64,000 nucleotides of DNA from an uncultured Bacteriovoracaceae bacterium (GCA_964012805.1 CAXGUD010000012.1:42311-106310); one strand, 5' to 3'. Shown: positions 20,392-31,436, counted from the first letter of the stretch. The notes: a model not told the origin generated them from the sequence alone. A program made the numbers and translations.

Positions 20392-23337
20392 ATGAAAGCA
20401 AAAGAAAAAAGTGGAAGGAAATCAGGTAGTTATGAAGATTCTTTAAAGAATCGGGAAGAAGGGTTCCGCGATATTGTTAAGGAATTAGGGCATATCCACG
20501 TTGTAGGTGCCAAAGAACACAATCTAAAAAATATTGAAGTCAAAATACCCAAAAAAAAGCTCGTTATTATAACCGGGGTTTCCGGTTCGGGGAAGTCTTC
20601 CCTTGCCTTCGATACAGTTTATGCTGAGGGACAGCGTCGCTATGTTGAATCCCTTTCTAGCTATGCAAGACAGTTTTTGGGCCAAATGGAAAAACCAAAG
20701 TTTGATACCATAAAAGGGCTTTCTCCTACCATTGCTATTGAACAAAAAGCTGCTAGTAAAAACCCTAGGTCTACTGTTGGAACAATAACTGAAGTTTATG
20801 ATTATTTAAGAGTCCTCTTTGCTCGATTAGGCACTCAGTTTTGTCATAGCTGTGGAAAAGAAGTTGGACGTGGCGATGCCATGAGTATGGTTAGTCAAAT
20901 ATTAAAAATTCCTGAATCGACTAAGGTTATTCTTCTAGCACCGGTCATTGAAAATAGGAAGGGTGAGCACAAGGAGATTCTCGAGGGTTTTAAGAAAGAA
21001 GGATATAGAAGAGTCCGCATTGACGGAATAGTTCGCGATATAGAAGATGTTCAAAGCCTTGCCAAAAACAAAAAGCATAATATTGAGGTGGTCATTGACC
21101 GTCTCAAAATAAAAAAAGATAAGGCCTTTCAAAAAAGGCTCACTGATTCGGTTGAGCAGTCTTTAAAGGTAGGTCATGGACAGATTTTTATTCATATAGA
21201 GGGGAGAGAAGACCTTAAAATGAGTGAGGCCCGCTCCTGCTGTGGTCATGCCTTTCCAGAACTCATACCTCAACTTTTTTCTTTTAATTCCCCAACGGGA
21301 ATGTGCGAGGATTGCCATGGACTGGGGACTGTTATTGATATAGACATTGACAAAGTGGTTCCCAACGAAAATTTATCCATCAGCGAAGGTGCCGTCAGGC
21401 CTTGGGATAATTATTTTGATAGTGATGGATCAAAGAAGGAGCTCTCCTGGGGACTCGCCAGAATAGAGGCCATGGAGGATGCTTGGGGATTAGACCTTAA
21501 TTGTCCTTGGAAAAAGATTCCCAAAAAAATAAAGGAAAGAATCCTCTATGGTTGTGAGGATCCTCGCTATCAACTGACCATGCAGTGGTTTGGAGAGAGT
21601 GGAGAAGGTCAGTGGAACACTCATTATGAAGGACTTATTCCCAGGCTTATGAGGCTTTACCTGAAACATAAAAGTGATGGGCGTAGGTCTTGGATTTCCA
21701 AATATATTTCAACCCTTAATTGTCAGACTTGTGGAGGAAAAAGGTTAAAAAATGAGGTCCAGCATGTGCTTGTTAAGGATAAGTCCATTAGTGAAGTGAC
21801 CTCTATGTCGATACAGGATGCTTTGAACTTCTTTAAGGGAATGAAACTTAAAGGCAACCAAAAGTTAATTGCTGAGGAGCTTTTAAAAGAAATTAAAGAT
21901 AGGCTCCGTTTTCTTGTTAATGTTGGCCTTAATTACCTTTCCTTGGACCGCCATGGGCCAAGTTTGTCTGGAGGGGAGGCGCAAAGAATCCGCTTGGCCT
22001 CTCAAATAGGAAGCGAATTGACGGGAGTTCTTTATATTTTAGATGAGCCTTCTATTGGTCTTCATCAAAGAGATAATATAAAACTGATCAATACGCTAAA
22101 AAGGTTAAGAGATATTGGTAATAGTCTTATTGTTGTTGAGCATGACCAAGAGACTATGGAAGCTTCTGACTGGATTGTCGATATAGGCCCGGGAGCGGGT
22201 CATTTGGGTGGACAAATTATTGCTGAGGGGACTCCGGCCCAGTTGAAAAGGAGCCGGGTTTCCATGACGGGTCACTACCTAAGTGGCAAGGAAAATATAC
22301 CCCTCCCTGAAGAAGTTCGAAAACCAGGTGACAAATGGCTTAGGATTATAGGGGCCACTGAGAATAATTTGCAAAATATAACTGCGGAGATTCCTATAGG
22401 TCTTTTCACCTGTGTCACTGGAGTTAGTGGAGCTGGTAAATCAACTCTTATTAATCAGATCTTGTATCCGGCACTTAATAGGTTGCTTCACGATTCTGAT
22501 ATGGAAGTAGGGAAGTATGAATCGATTGAAGGTCTCGATTATTTTGATAAGGTCATCAATATTGATCAAAAGCCTATAGGCAAAACACCCCGATCAAATC
22601 CAGCAACTTACACGAAAGTTTTTGACCTTATTCGAGACCTTTTTGAGCAGGTTCCGGAAGCCAAGGTTCGTGGTTATAAAAAAGGGCGTTTCTCATTTAA
22701 TGTAAAAGGCGGACGTTGTGAGAAATGTGAAGGTGATGGATTTATAACAGTTGAAATGCATTTTCTTGCCGATGTTCTGGTTCCTTGTGAAGCCTGTAAA
22801 ACGAAGCGTTTTAATCAACCAACGCTTGAAATTCTTTTTAAAGGTCACTCTATCGCTGATGTGTTGGATTTATCGGTTTCTGAGGCGCTGGAACTTTTTA
22901 CAAATCAGCCAAAAATAAAAAAGATTTTGACTACATTGATGGACGTTGGACTTGGCTACATAAAACTAGGGCAACCTGCCACCACTCTTTCTGGAGGAGA
23001 GGCCCAAAGAATTAAATTGGCCAAAGAACTTTCAAAAAGGGATACAGGTAAGACTCTCTATATTCTCGACGAACCGACAACAGGTCTCCATTTTCAGGAT
23101 ATTAAAAAACTTCTTAGCGTTTTAGACAGGCTTGTTAAAGGGGGAAATACGATCATTGTTATAGAACACAACCTGGATGTTATAAAGTGCGCTGACTGGT
23201 GCCTTGAGATAGGTCCTGAGGGGGGTCACCTTGGAGGTAAGGTTGTGGCCACCGGTTCACCGAAAAAGTTATCTCAGTCTAAAAAGGGTCCAACGGGAAG
23301 CTTTTTAAAAGAGATCTTCAAGAATCTTCCAAGTTAA
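20392..23337 (+). CDS. uvrA: Excinuclease ABC subunit A
   Basis: GAKEHNLKN, two Walker A motifs (GVSGSGKSS, GVSGAGKST), LSGGEAQR twice, CxxC zinc fingers, DEPSIGLH and DEPTTGLH. Confidence 0.98.
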   Translation: MKAKEKSGRKSGSYEDSLKNREEGFRDIVKELGHIHVVGAKEHNLKNIEVKIPKKKLVIITGVSGSGKSSLAFDTVYAEGQRRYVESLSSYARQFLGQMEKPKFDTIKGLSPTIAIEQKAASKNPRSTVGTITEVYDYLRVLFARLGTQFCHSCGKEVGRGDAMSMVSQILKIPESTKVILLAPVIENRKGEHKEILEGFKKEGYRRVRIDGIVRDIEDVQSLAKNKKHNIEVVIDRLKIKKDKAFQKRLTDSVEQSLKVGHGQIFIHIEGREDLKMSEARSCCGHAFPELIPQLFSFNSPTGMCEDCHGLGTVIDIDIDKVVPNENLSISEGAVRPWDNYFDSDGSKKELSWGLARIEAMEDAWGLDLNCPWKKIPKKIKERILYGCEDPRYQLTMQWFGESGEGQWNTHYEGLIPRLMRLYLKHKSDGRRSWISKYISTLNCQTCGGKRLKNEVQHVLVKDKSISEVTSMSIQDALNFFKGMKLKGNQKLIAEELLKEIKDRLRFLVNVGLNYLSLDRHGPSLSGGEAQRIRLASQIGSELTGVLYILDEPSIGLHQRDNIKLINTLKRLRDIGNSLIVVEHDQETMEASDWIVDIGPGAGHLGGQIIAEGTPAQLKRSRVSMTGHYLSGKENIPLPEEVRKPGDKWLRIIGATENNLQNITAEIPIGLFTCVTGVSGAGKSTLINQILYPALNRLLHDSDMEVGKYESIEGLDYFDKVINIDQKPIGKTPRSNPATYTKVFDLIRDLFEQVPEAKVRGYKKGRFSFNVKGGRCEKCEGDGFITVEMHFLADVLVPCEACKTKRFNQPTLEILFKGHSIADVLDLSVSEALELFTNQPKIKKILTTLMDVGLGYIKLGQPATTLSGGEAQRIKLAKELSKRDTGKTLYILDEPTTGLHFQDIKKLLSVLDRLVKGGNTIIVIEHNLDVIKCADWCLEIGPEGGHLGGKVVATGSPKKLSQSKKGPTGSFLKEIFKNLPS

Positions 23338-23404
23338 GATACAATTATCTAAGATAAGCAATAATAATTCATTATGTTCTTCATAAATTTTTCAAGGATG
23401 GAAA

Positions 23405-24181
23405 ATGAAGTCTTTAGTTTTTTTTAGTTCAGTATTATTGTCACTTTTTATTTCATCACCTGGCGCCCTTTCCAAAGAAAAAGAAAAAACATTTAAATTG
23501 GCAACGATTGAATGGCCTCCCTACACTTCAAGTAAAATAAAAGGCAAAGGATGGGCCAGTGCAGTTGTTAAAGCTGTATTTAAGAATCAAGGATATAATG
23601 TAAGAGTTGCTATTATGTCGGGAAAAAATACTTGGGGCAAAGTTCTAAGAAATGTGAAAAGTGGTAAATTTCTTGGAGGTTTTCCAGCTTATTATTCTGA
23701 AGAAAGAACCATAGACTACTTTATCACCAGGGCTTTTGGAAGCGGTCCTCTTGCCTTCTTTAAGAGAAAGGGAGAAGAAATTCCTTTCGATGGAGATCTT
23801 GAAACGCTAAAGAATTTCAAAATTGGTGTTGTTAAAGATTATTATAATGGAGAGGTTTTTACCAGGGCTGACTATTTAAAAAAGAGAATGTTTAAAAGTG
23901 ACCGTGTTAGTCTTGTTATGTTGACAAAAAAGAGGGTCGACCTCGTCCTCCTTGATAAATTAGTCACCGAGTACCACTTAAATAACGACCCCTACTTAAA
24001 AAAATTAAAGGGAGGCCTTCAGGTTGTTAAGCCAGTTCTCCAAAATAAAGACCTTCACGTTCTTTTTACGAAAAAGAACAAGATGGGCGCAAAACTTACG
24101 ATAGCTTTTAATAAGGGCTTAAATGCCATTAGAGAAAGTGGTGAACTTAAGAAAATTTTAGAAGAGTACAAAGCGAACTAA
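23405..24181 (+). CDS. Periplasmic solute-binding protein, family 3 (orphan)
   Basis: Signal peptide; EWPPY, ERT, L..LK.FKIGVV..Y, RVDL, FNKGL..IRESG. Confidence 0.85.
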   Translation: MKSLVFFSSVLLSLFISSPGALSKEKEKTFKLATIEWPPYTSSKIKGKGWASAVVKAVFKNQGYNVRVAIMSGKNTWGKVLRNVKSGKFLGGFPAYYSEERTIDYFITRAFGSGPLAFFKRKGEEIPFDGDLETLKNFKIGVVKDYYNGEVFTRADYLKKRMFKSDRVSLVMLTKKRVDLVLLDKLVTEYHLNNDPYLKKLKGGLQVVKPVLQNKDLHVLFTKKNKMGAKLTIAFNKGLNAIRESGELKKILEEYKAN

Positions 24182-24330
24182 AAAGAGAAGCCAGTTAAAA
24201 AGTAAAGCCAGTTAAAATGTAAAGTTGACCCTGTTTTAAACGAATAGAAAGTTTCGTAAAATGATCTCTATGAGGTACTCTAAGACCTTTTTTTCCACCC
24301 AAAATTTCATTTTGATAAAGGGAATTAAAA

Positions 24331-25998
24331 ATGGATGATTCATCAAAAACAAGTCTTATAAAAGAAGGTCTACCTTCCGCCATACTTCTTGTGATACTTG
24401 TTATTATTGGCATTGTCCTTGATAAAATGGGTCAAGACATCCATTGGCCTGGTTATTTGTCCATGGTCCTTTTTTATGTAGTGATCTTTGTTGTGGGAAC
24501 TTATGCAGCTCACATTGGTCGACAAAAGCAAAAAGACCTTAATACGGATTCAACTGATACTATGATGTTAGCAGGCCGCTCTGTCCCCTTGATGATGGCA
24601 GTCTTTACCATGAGTGCCACTTGGGTTGGTGGAGGTTATATCAATGGAACAGCAGAATACGCTTATAATCCAGATTATGGTCTTGTATGGGCACAGGCCC
24701 CATGGGGTTATGCTATTAGCTTAATTTTGGGAGGACTCTTTTTCGCAAAAAAGATGAGGCGTCACGAATTTAAAACAATGCTGGACCCTTTTGAAAGAAG
24801 GTATGGAAAAGGGGTGGCAGGCGTTCTTTATCTTCCTGCCCTTATGGGTGAAACTTTTTGGACAGCTGCGATTTTAACAGCTTTGGGTTCAACCTTTGGA
24901 ACAGTTCTTGGTCTCGATTTCACGCCTTCAATTATATTATCAGCAGCAGTCGCGATCGCTTATACCGCTTTAGGTGGACTTTGGGCGGTTGCTTTAACTG
25001 ATATGATTCAAATGGTCCTACTCCTTGTAGGGTTATTTCTTGTTCTTCCCTTTGCTTTAGATCATGTTGGAGGCTGGGATTGGGCCTGGCAAACCTATGA
25101 AAAGAAAATGGGCCCTATAGCTTCTTTTTTGCCATCTAAAGCAGCTCTGGGTAATTATTTTTATAATTGGTGGGATTATGCTTTTCTTCTAATGATGGGA
25201 GGAATTCCTTGGCACGTTTATTTTCAACGTGTTCTTTCTTCCAAAGATGAAAATACTGCTCAAAGGTTATCTATTATCGCTGGGTTGGTTTGTATTTTAG
25301 CAGCTATTCCCGCTAGTATGATTGGGATTATTGGAAATGTTGTGGATTGGACAACTGTTGGGTTATCACAAGCTCCTGAAGCGGCTCAAGTTCTCCCTAA
25401 TGTTGTTCGTTATCTAACAAATCCTTGGGTAGCGACGATTGGACTGGGAGCGATTGCAGCAGCCGTTATGTCCTCAGTGGATTCATCAATTCTCTCGGCT
25501 TCATCGATGGCCGGTTGGAATGTTTTTAGACCTCTTTATTCTCACTTTAAGAAAAAAGAAGTGGAGCCTAAGTCTCTTGCTAAAGTTATTCAAGGGTGTA
25601 TTTGGATTGTTGGGATTGCTGCCACTTTAATTGCTTTAAGAAAGGGAAGTGTTTACGAGCTTTGGTTTTTATGCAGTGACTTTGTCTACTGTATTCTCTT
25701 TCCTCAATTAGTTTTGGCGCTTTATGATAAGAAGGCCAATACTATAGGAAGTATTTGCGGCTTTATTGTGGCCGCGATACTCCGCTTTGGGGGTGGAGAG
25801 TCTTCTTTAGGTATTCCTGACTTTTTTGAATATCACAAAGTATTCGGAATGCCGGAGTTATATGATGCCAAGGCAAACAAAGGACTTTTTCCTTTTAGGA
25901 CACTAGCTATGGTTTCAAGCCTTATAACAATCATGGTTGTTTCAAGGCTGACTCAAAAAATAAGTCCTCCAAGATCTCTAGAAAAGACAGATGTTTAA
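24331..25998 (+). CDS. Sodium:solute symporter, high-affinity choline transporter (CHT1/SLC5A7)-like
   Basis: FTMSATWVGGGYINGTAE, QAPWGYAISL, GGIPWHVYFQRVLS, AAVMSSVDSSILSASSM resemble conserved SLC5A7 segments. Confidence 0.85.
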   Translation: MDDSSKTSLIKEGLPSAILLVILVIIGIVLDKMGQDIHWPGYLSMVLFYVVIFVVGTYAAHIGRQKQKDLNTDSTDTMMLAGRSVPLMMAVFTMSATWVGGGYINGTAEYAYNPDYGLVWAQAPWGYAISLILGGLFFAKKMRRHEFKTMLDPFERRYGKGVAGVLYLPALMGETFWTAAILTALGSTFGTVLGLDFTPSIILSAAVAIAYTALGGLWAVALTDMIQMVLLLVGLFLVLPFALDHVGGWDWAWQTYEKKMGPIASFLPSKAALGNYFYNWWDYAFLLMMGGIPWHVYFQRVLSSKDENTAQRLSIIAGLVCILAAIPASMIGIIGNVVDWTTVGLSQAPEAAQVLPNVVRYLTNPWVATIGLGAIAAAVMSSVDSSILSASSMAGWNVFRPLYSHFKKKEVEPKSLAKVIQGCIWIVGIAATLIALRKGSVYELWFLCSDFVYCILFPQLVLALYDKKANTIGSICGFIVAAILRFGGGESSLGIPDFFEYHKVFGMPELYDAKANKGLFPFRTLAMVSSLITIMVVSRLTQKISPPRSLEKTDV

Positions 25999-26037
25999 AA
26001 AAAGCATCAAGAGTTAGAGCGTTTATGGGAGGCTTTT

Positions 26038-26895
26038 ATGGTATTGGAGTCAATTGAAAAGGTCTTTTTTCTTCTCTTTGGCTTCGGCCTTGTCTTTTAT
26101 ATTGGTCTCGTTGTGGAAGCTAGGGAACTCCTCCCTTTTCTAAAAAAGAAAACAACTCTTTTTTTAGGTCCCTTTTATCAATTCGGTGTTTCTCCACTGA
26201 TTGCAATTATGCTTGGAAACCTTCTCAAATTGGAAGGGCTTGTTCTTCAAGGTTTTCTTTTGTTATCGATGACTCCTTGTGGTTCAATGCCAAATTCATT
26301 AACGATCGTGGCCAAAGGAAACAAGGAATTAAGTGTTGCGATGACAATTGTGAATTCAATTTTGGGTCTGGTTCTAATTCCTATTTTAGCGGAAGTTTAC
26401 CTTAAAAATGAGGGAGAAATAACTCTTCCTTTTTTGAATATGTTTGGAAATTTAGTTGTTCTCGTTTCATGCATTCTTGGAGGAATGTTTATTAAAATAA
26501 AGAGGAACACATGGACACATTATTTGAAAAAAATAATGACCTTTATACTTTTCCTTAGTATTTTGGGGATATTAATTTTTTCGGGGAAAAAAATAATAAT
26601 TCTTTTTTATAAGGCAAGTTTTAAAATCATTTTTGCTTCAATAGCTTTACCTTTGATTCTTTATGTAATTTCCTTTTTTATATCAATATATTTAAGACAA
26701 TCAAAAAGTGATGCCAAGGCGCTAGCATTAGGTTCAGGAACTTTTAATTCTCCTTTAACTATTGTCCTTATTCTAGGAAGTTACCCATTAAGTGTTTCAG
26801 GAGGTGTTTTAAAAATTCCTCTCCTTTATACACCCATAATTATTCTATTGGGTGCTTTGACCGCTTTTGTGTTATCTTTTATTTCGAGAGATTGA
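26038..26895 (+). CDS. Bile acid:sodium symporter (BASS/SBF) family transporter
   Basis: QFGVSPL, TPCGSMPN..T..AKGNKELSVAMT; multiple TM helices. Confidence 0.85.
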   Translation: MVLESIEKVFFLLFGFGLVFYIGLVVEARELLPFLKKKTTLFLGPFYQFGVSPLIAIMLGNLLKLEGLVLQGFLLLSMTPCGSMPNSLTIVAKGNKELSVAMTIVNSILGLVLIPILAEVYLKNEGEITLPFLNMFGNLVVLVSCILGGMFIKIKRNTWTHYLKKIMTFILFLSILGILIFSGKKIIILFYKASFKIIFASIALPLILYVISFFISIYLRQSKSDAKALALGSGTFNSPLTIVLILGSYPLSVSGGVLKIPLLYTPIIILLGALTAFVLSFISRD

Positions 26896-26987
26896 TCAAA
26901 CTTGTTTGATAAAAATTAATTTATTTTGAAAAATATTAAAATGTAATTAAACTATTCTTATAAATAAATTAAGAAAAGGAATAAATT

Positions 26988-27782
26988 GTGAAAAAAATTT
27001 TTCTGTTAATTTTAATGACCTTTTCAATGCAAGGTATTTCTAAGGACAAAAACAAAAATATAGAGCTTTATGGGGATAATAATTATCCACCTTACAGTTA
27101 TGTTGGAGAAGACAACAAGCTTGTTGGTATATACCCCAGCATATTGAGGGAAGCAGTTAAAGAGATTACAGGTTATAAAGTGACTTTAAAAGCCGTTCCC
27201 TGGAAAAGGGGCTTAAGAATGTTGAAGAAAAATAAAATACAGGGTCTTTTTCCACCATATTTTAGAGTTGAGCAAAGACCTTTTATGTGGCCTTACTCAT
27301 TGGCGATACTAGAAGAAGAAGCCGTTGTAGTTTGCAGGAAGGAAGTAAAATTAGGAAAAAAACCTTTCTGGCCAAATGACTTTAAAAATCTGAAAATAGC
27401 AAGGAATCTGGGCTTTGCTACCGGAGGAAATGTCTGGAAACAACTTATTGAAACACAAGAAATCAAAGATCATCAAGTAAGAGATATTGAGATGGCGATT
27501 TTGATGATGTCAAAGGATAGAATTGATTGCTATATGAATGATAGAATAAGTATTTTTTGGACGATTAACAAAATGATTAAAGATAAAAAGATTGATAAAC
27601 ATAAAATAGATAAGTTTGTAGAAAAAGCAGTCATTTCAAGGGAAAGAGGATTTATAGGTTATTCATCGAAATGGAACCCTAGTTTTAAGGAGGACTTCTT
27701 AAAAAAACTAGATCATTCTATCCATGAGATGAGGAAGAAAGGTAGAGTGGAAGAAATTAAGAAAAAGTTTCTATCACAGTAA
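26988..27782 (+). CDS. Periplasmic solute-binding protein, family 3 (orphan)
   Basis: Signal peptide; NYPPYSY, VPWKRGL, RIDCYMND. Confidence 0.85.
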   Translation: MKKIFLLILMTFSMQGISKDKNKNIELYGDNNYPPYSYVGEDNKLVGIYPSILREAVKEITGYKVTLKAVPWKRGLRMLKKNKIQGLFPPYFRVEQRPFMWPYSLAILEEEAVVVCRKEVKLGKKPFWPNDFKNLKIARNLGFATGGNVWKQLIETQEIKDHQVRDIEMAILMMSKDRIDCYMNDRISIFWTINKMIKDKKIDKHKIDKFVEKAVISRERGFIGYSSKWNPSFKEDFLKKLDHSIHEMRKKGRVEEIKKKFLSQ

Positions 27783-27846
27783 ATAAAAATAGCTAGAAGT
27801 AATTAATACAATTACACATTTTTTAAAATAAGGAAGGTCAGGAGAG

Positions 27847-28683
27847 TTAAGCCTGCTCACCTTCCTCTTCTTCTTCACCTGGTTCTTTTAGTTCCCTATT
27901 TTTAAGTGTAATACTTCTAATCTTTTCTCGCTGAATTTCATTAAACCCTTTAAAAGTCATTTCTGATTTGAAAGTATCTTTAGAAACTTGCTCCGAAAAA
28001 ACAACCACACCTTTTAAGTTAAAGTTTACTTTGTAGATATCTGTAAGAGTCTCAGACAAGATGGTTACTACCTCTCCATCTGGAATTTTAAAAGGTACTT
28101 CGAGAAATGCTCCAACTTCTGATAAAGAGCTCAATTTCAAAGGACCCTTACTTTTAAACTCTTGAAGAATTACTACAAGGGTTGAAGGAACAGAATGGAA
28201 GCGGTTACCAGCACTTTGACCCATGAGTCGTTCAATTTTTTGAAGTAGAATCTTATCATCTATTGGCTTAACAATATAATCGTCTCCCCCACCCTGAAGG
28301 GCCAAATCAATTTTTGTTTGATCGTCATAGGAGGAACAAAAAAGGATTTTAAGGTTTATTTCATCATTAGAAATTGTATTTTTTATGGCCTGTTTACTTT
28401 TTTCCTCTTCATGCTTTTCAATTTCCTGGGCTTGTTTATTTTTAACCTTTTTCAATTTCAATTTAAGCTGATGAAGTGTTTGGATCCCATTCATTTCGGG
28501 CATCATTATATCTAGAATGAGGACATTGATAGTGCTATCCTCTTGTAGCATTCTTATGCACTCCTTCCCATTTGATGCTTGAAGGACTTCATAGCCTGCT
28601 CTACTTAATTTGAGGGCTATAAAAATTCTAAGATCATCACTGTCGTCACAAATGAGGATTTTACCTTTCTTTTCTTCATCCAT
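27847..28683 (-). CDS. Response regulator receiver with probable C-terminal PilZ-like domain
   Basis: ILICDDS, ILDIMMPEMNG, DDYIVKP; charged insertion inside the receiver; C-terminal beta-rich segment (LSEVGA). Confidence 0.8.
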   Translation of the reverse strand: MDEEKKGKILICDDSDDLRIFIALKLSRAGYEVLQASNGKECIRMLQEDSTINVLILDIMMPEMNGIQTLHQLKLKLKKVKNKQAQEIEKHEEEKSKQAIKNTISNDEINLKILFCSSYDDQTKIDLALQGGGDDYIVKPIDDKILLQKIERLMGQSAGNRFHSVPSTLVVILQEFKSKGPLKLSSLSEVGAFLEVPFKIPDGEVVTILSETLTDIYKVNFNLKGVVVFSEQVSKDTFKSEMTFKGFNEIQREKIRSITLKNRELKEPGEEEEEGEQA

Positions 28684-28942
28684 TATTTTTATCTCAACAA
28701 AAATTATAACGGTAACAAAAAGGAGTATTAAACTGAGTTCTATTCTATTAGCTTTTCATAAAAATAAGCTTTTTTTTAAAAAATAAATTATAATAAAAAA
28801 TAAAAAATTTAAATAATATTAATATTATGAATGAAAAAAAAATAAATAAAATTTACCAAAATTATTTTAGTTAAAATTTTTAAGTAAAATTCCCGATATG
28901 ACTAATTACATTGTTTAAACAATAGATGGTAGCCGTAAAAAA

Positions 28943-30004
28943 ATGTTTAATTTATCCTTTTTAACAAAAATATTATTAATCCTCTCAATGAGTAATACTT
29001 TATTTTGTGCGGAAGTTGATAACTTTAGAGGACGATATGAAGATATACCTGATATGAGGGATCTTTTTAATAAAAAAACAAATTTCTATTTTGAAAAGGG
29101 TATTAAGGAACTTAACAAAAAAAACCATAAATGTGAATCAGGTCCTTTATATAAAAAAATGAGGACCTACTTTAGAAATCACATGACTGGGTCATTTAAT
29201 AAATGGATGTTAAAGAGTAAAGAGGTTCATGTCGTTTATACCAAACCAAAAGAGAGTATATATAAGTATTGGAATACTTTTGAAAGTTTTCCAATTAAAT
29301 TACTTTCTCCTATTATGTTTAAAAAACCAGCAGGTGTTTTGGCCGGTTACGTGAGGGTTGGGCCTGTTTTATTGGGTACCGATAAATTTGAGCATTTTCT
29401 TGGAACGGGCTTTTCTTACTTCAGGTCTTACTTTATAAAAAAGAAATCTATTAACCAGACAGCGCAAATAGGCTGGCGGGATGAAGTCGGACCTCTGGGA
29501 GGAATGACTGTCGGGGTAATGTCTTTTGGAGATTTAGCCGCAGAATTTAATGGAATGTTCTTTTGGAATGACCTTTTAAGGTTTCATGACTCTCTCTCCA
29601 AGAAAAAAAAATCTTATGGGACAAAAGATTTCGTTCACGATCATAGAAATGGGCCTTATATTATTTGCAAAAATAATAAGTGGGTCTTAAATAAACTTAA
29701 ACCGTTTGATTGGGGACATTATTTAGATGACAGTATGGATGAAGCGATTAACTGTAGCCTTTTTAAAACAAAAAGTATGGGAATAAAGGTAAAAAAATCT
29801 TTAAGAGAGTTAGAGAAGAAAAAGGGCATAAAGTATAAATGCCCTATGGAACCAGAAAAGTTTAGAAAGTTAAAAAAGAAATACGGTAAATATGGTCCTC
29901 TTATTTTAAATGAATCAGGTCATGGACCTATTACAAGAGAAATAAGATGGAGAAAATGGCGAAAAATAAATTTAGATACCTATAAAAAACCTACACAGAA
30001 TTAA
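28943..30004 (+). CDS. Hypothetical secreted protein
   Basis: Signal peptide; several Cys; motifs GTDKFEHF and SFGDLAAEFNGMFFW. Confidence 0.65.
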   Translation: MFNLSFLTKILLILSMSNTLFCAEVDNFRGRYEDIPDMRDLFNKKTNFYFEKGIKELNKKNHKCESGPLYKKMRTYFRNHMTGSFNKWMLKSKEVHVVYTKPKESIYKYWNTFESFPIKLLSPIMFKKPAGVLAGYVRVGPVLLGTDKFEHFLGTGFSYFRSYFIKKKSINQTAQIGWRDEVGPLGGMTVGVMSFGDLAAEFNGMFFWNDLLRFHDSLSKKKKSYGTKDFVHDHRNGPYIICKNNKWVLNKLKPFDWGHYLDDSMDEAINCSLFKTKSMGIKVKKSLRELEKKKGIKYKCPMEPEKFRKLKKKYGKYGPLILNESGHGPITREIRWRKWRKINLDTYKKPTQN

Positions 30005-30112
30005 AAGCCTTAATAAAAGATTAATAATATCCCTATATTTTAAATAGTCCGATCGGGTTTAGGTTTTAATGATAGTATGAGTTGAAAAGGGTAATTTTTA
30101 TTGGAGAAGTAA

Positions 30113-30928
30113 GTGAAAAAAGAGTTCAATTTCTTTATTATCTTTCTTGTCCTTTTTATAGCTTCAGTAAGTGGTCTGGGTTGGTACATAAAAAATATTG
30201 ACCTACCAAAAAAAGAAATAAATAAAGAAAACATAAAAAAAATTATTGATGAAAATCCTCTTTATTTCGCAGAATCTTTCAAAGGGGTTATGCTGGCCCT
30301 TCAAAACCAGGAGGAAGAAAAAAGAAGAAAGGCTGAGTTAGAAAAAATGGAGGCTTTTTTTGACACCCCATTAAACCCTAAGCTCGATAATGAAGCTTTT
30401 CTAGGCCCAAAAGATGCCCCTATAACTCTTGTAGAATATTCCGATTTTGAGTGTCCTTATTGTTCTCGCTCTGCTGAAACTGTTAAAGTTTTGTTGAAGA
30501 AGTATCCAGGAAAAATTAAGTTTATTTATAAACATCTTCCTTTGAAATTTCATAAGAATGCAATGATTGCGGCCCAATACTTTGAGGCTGCACTAATCCA
30601 GGATAAGAAAAAGGCCTTTGATTATCATTTCAAAATTTTTGAGTCTCAAAGAACCCTACAAAAGGGCGGGGAAAAGTTTCTAAAAAAATTGGCCATGGAG
30701 CTTGGTTTTGATTCCAAAAGATTAACAAGAGATGCCAACTCAGGGCTCGTTTTGTTAAAAATTAAGTCTCATGTTGATGAAGCAACTCAGTTTGGCATAA
30801 GTGGAACCCCGGGCTTTTTAGTTAATGGAGTTCCTATAAAGGGTGCTTACCCAATTGAATATTTTGATCATATAATTGAACTCATAGTTCGTAAGAACCC
30901 AACTCTTTTCAAAAAGTCTTCTAAATAA
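30113..30928 (+). CDS. DsbA family thioredoxin-fold protein, membrane anchored
   Basis: EYSDFECPYC, KHLPL..H, GISGTPGF.VNG, GAYP. Confidence 0.92.
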   Translation: MKKEFNFFIIFLVLFIASVSGLGWYIKNIDLPKKEINKENIKKIIDENPLYFAESFKGVMLALQNQEEEKRRKAELEKMEAFFDTPLNPKLDNEAFLGPKDAPITLVEYSDFECPYCSRSAETVKVLLKKYPGKIKFIYKHLPLKFHKNAMIAAQYFEAALIQDKKKAFDYHFKIFESQRTLQKGGEKFLKKLAMELGFDSKRLTRDANSGLVLLKIKSHVDEATQFGISGTPGFLVNGVPIKGAYPIEYFDHIIELIVRKNPTLFKKSSK

Positions 30929-30932
30929 GGCT

Positions 30933-30978
30933 TTTAAAGTTGGTAATATAGGGTGCACTTTATATCACCAACTTTAAA
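30933..30978. terminator. Long near-perfect inverted repeat (terminator or stem-loop)
   Basis: tttaaagttggtaatata ... tatatcaccaactttaaa directly after the DsbA-like stop codon. Confidence 0.65.
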
Positions 30979-31255
30979 TTTTATAGAGTATACTTTTGCT
31001 ATAAAATGTATCTTTTGTATTAAAAGATAAAGAGTCAATTCAAAAGTAATTCACAATAGTAAGTTTTTTTCTAAAACAAAAATACACTCCATAATAAAAG
31101 GCCAAGTTTTTTTTATTATAAATTGATACTTTTAAGAACATAAACGTGAAGTTTTTTTTTAAATAAGCCGATTGAACCTTCTCCCGCGATCACTCGATTA
31201 GTTTTAAATTATTTCCCGCAGCTTGTTTTTAATCATTTCTTGAGTATCTTTTGGT

Positions 31256-31436
31256 TAGGTTTTGTCTAGGTTTTGTTGTTGTCTTATTTTATACATTTAA
31301 CCCTAAGAGAGGAAGCAATATTTGAAATATAAGTCTATTTTTAATGGTTTAGCGATTTTTAAAGTCTTTTTTGTTGTTATTTATATAAAACTCTAATATT
31401 TGATTTTTCTTCACCACAATTTGTCTAGGTTTTGTT
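31256..31436. promoter_or_regulatory. Direct-repeat operator-like sites
   Basis: TTTGTCTAGGTTTTGTT at 31261-31277 and 31420-31436; TAGGTTTTGT in tandem with an 11-bp period at 31256 and 31267. Confidence 0.5.

Noticed and set aside
30933..30978. Inverted repeat considered as a MITE or REP element
   Set aside because: Only one copy seen in the window and it sits right after a stop codon, so a terminator is the simpler explanation.
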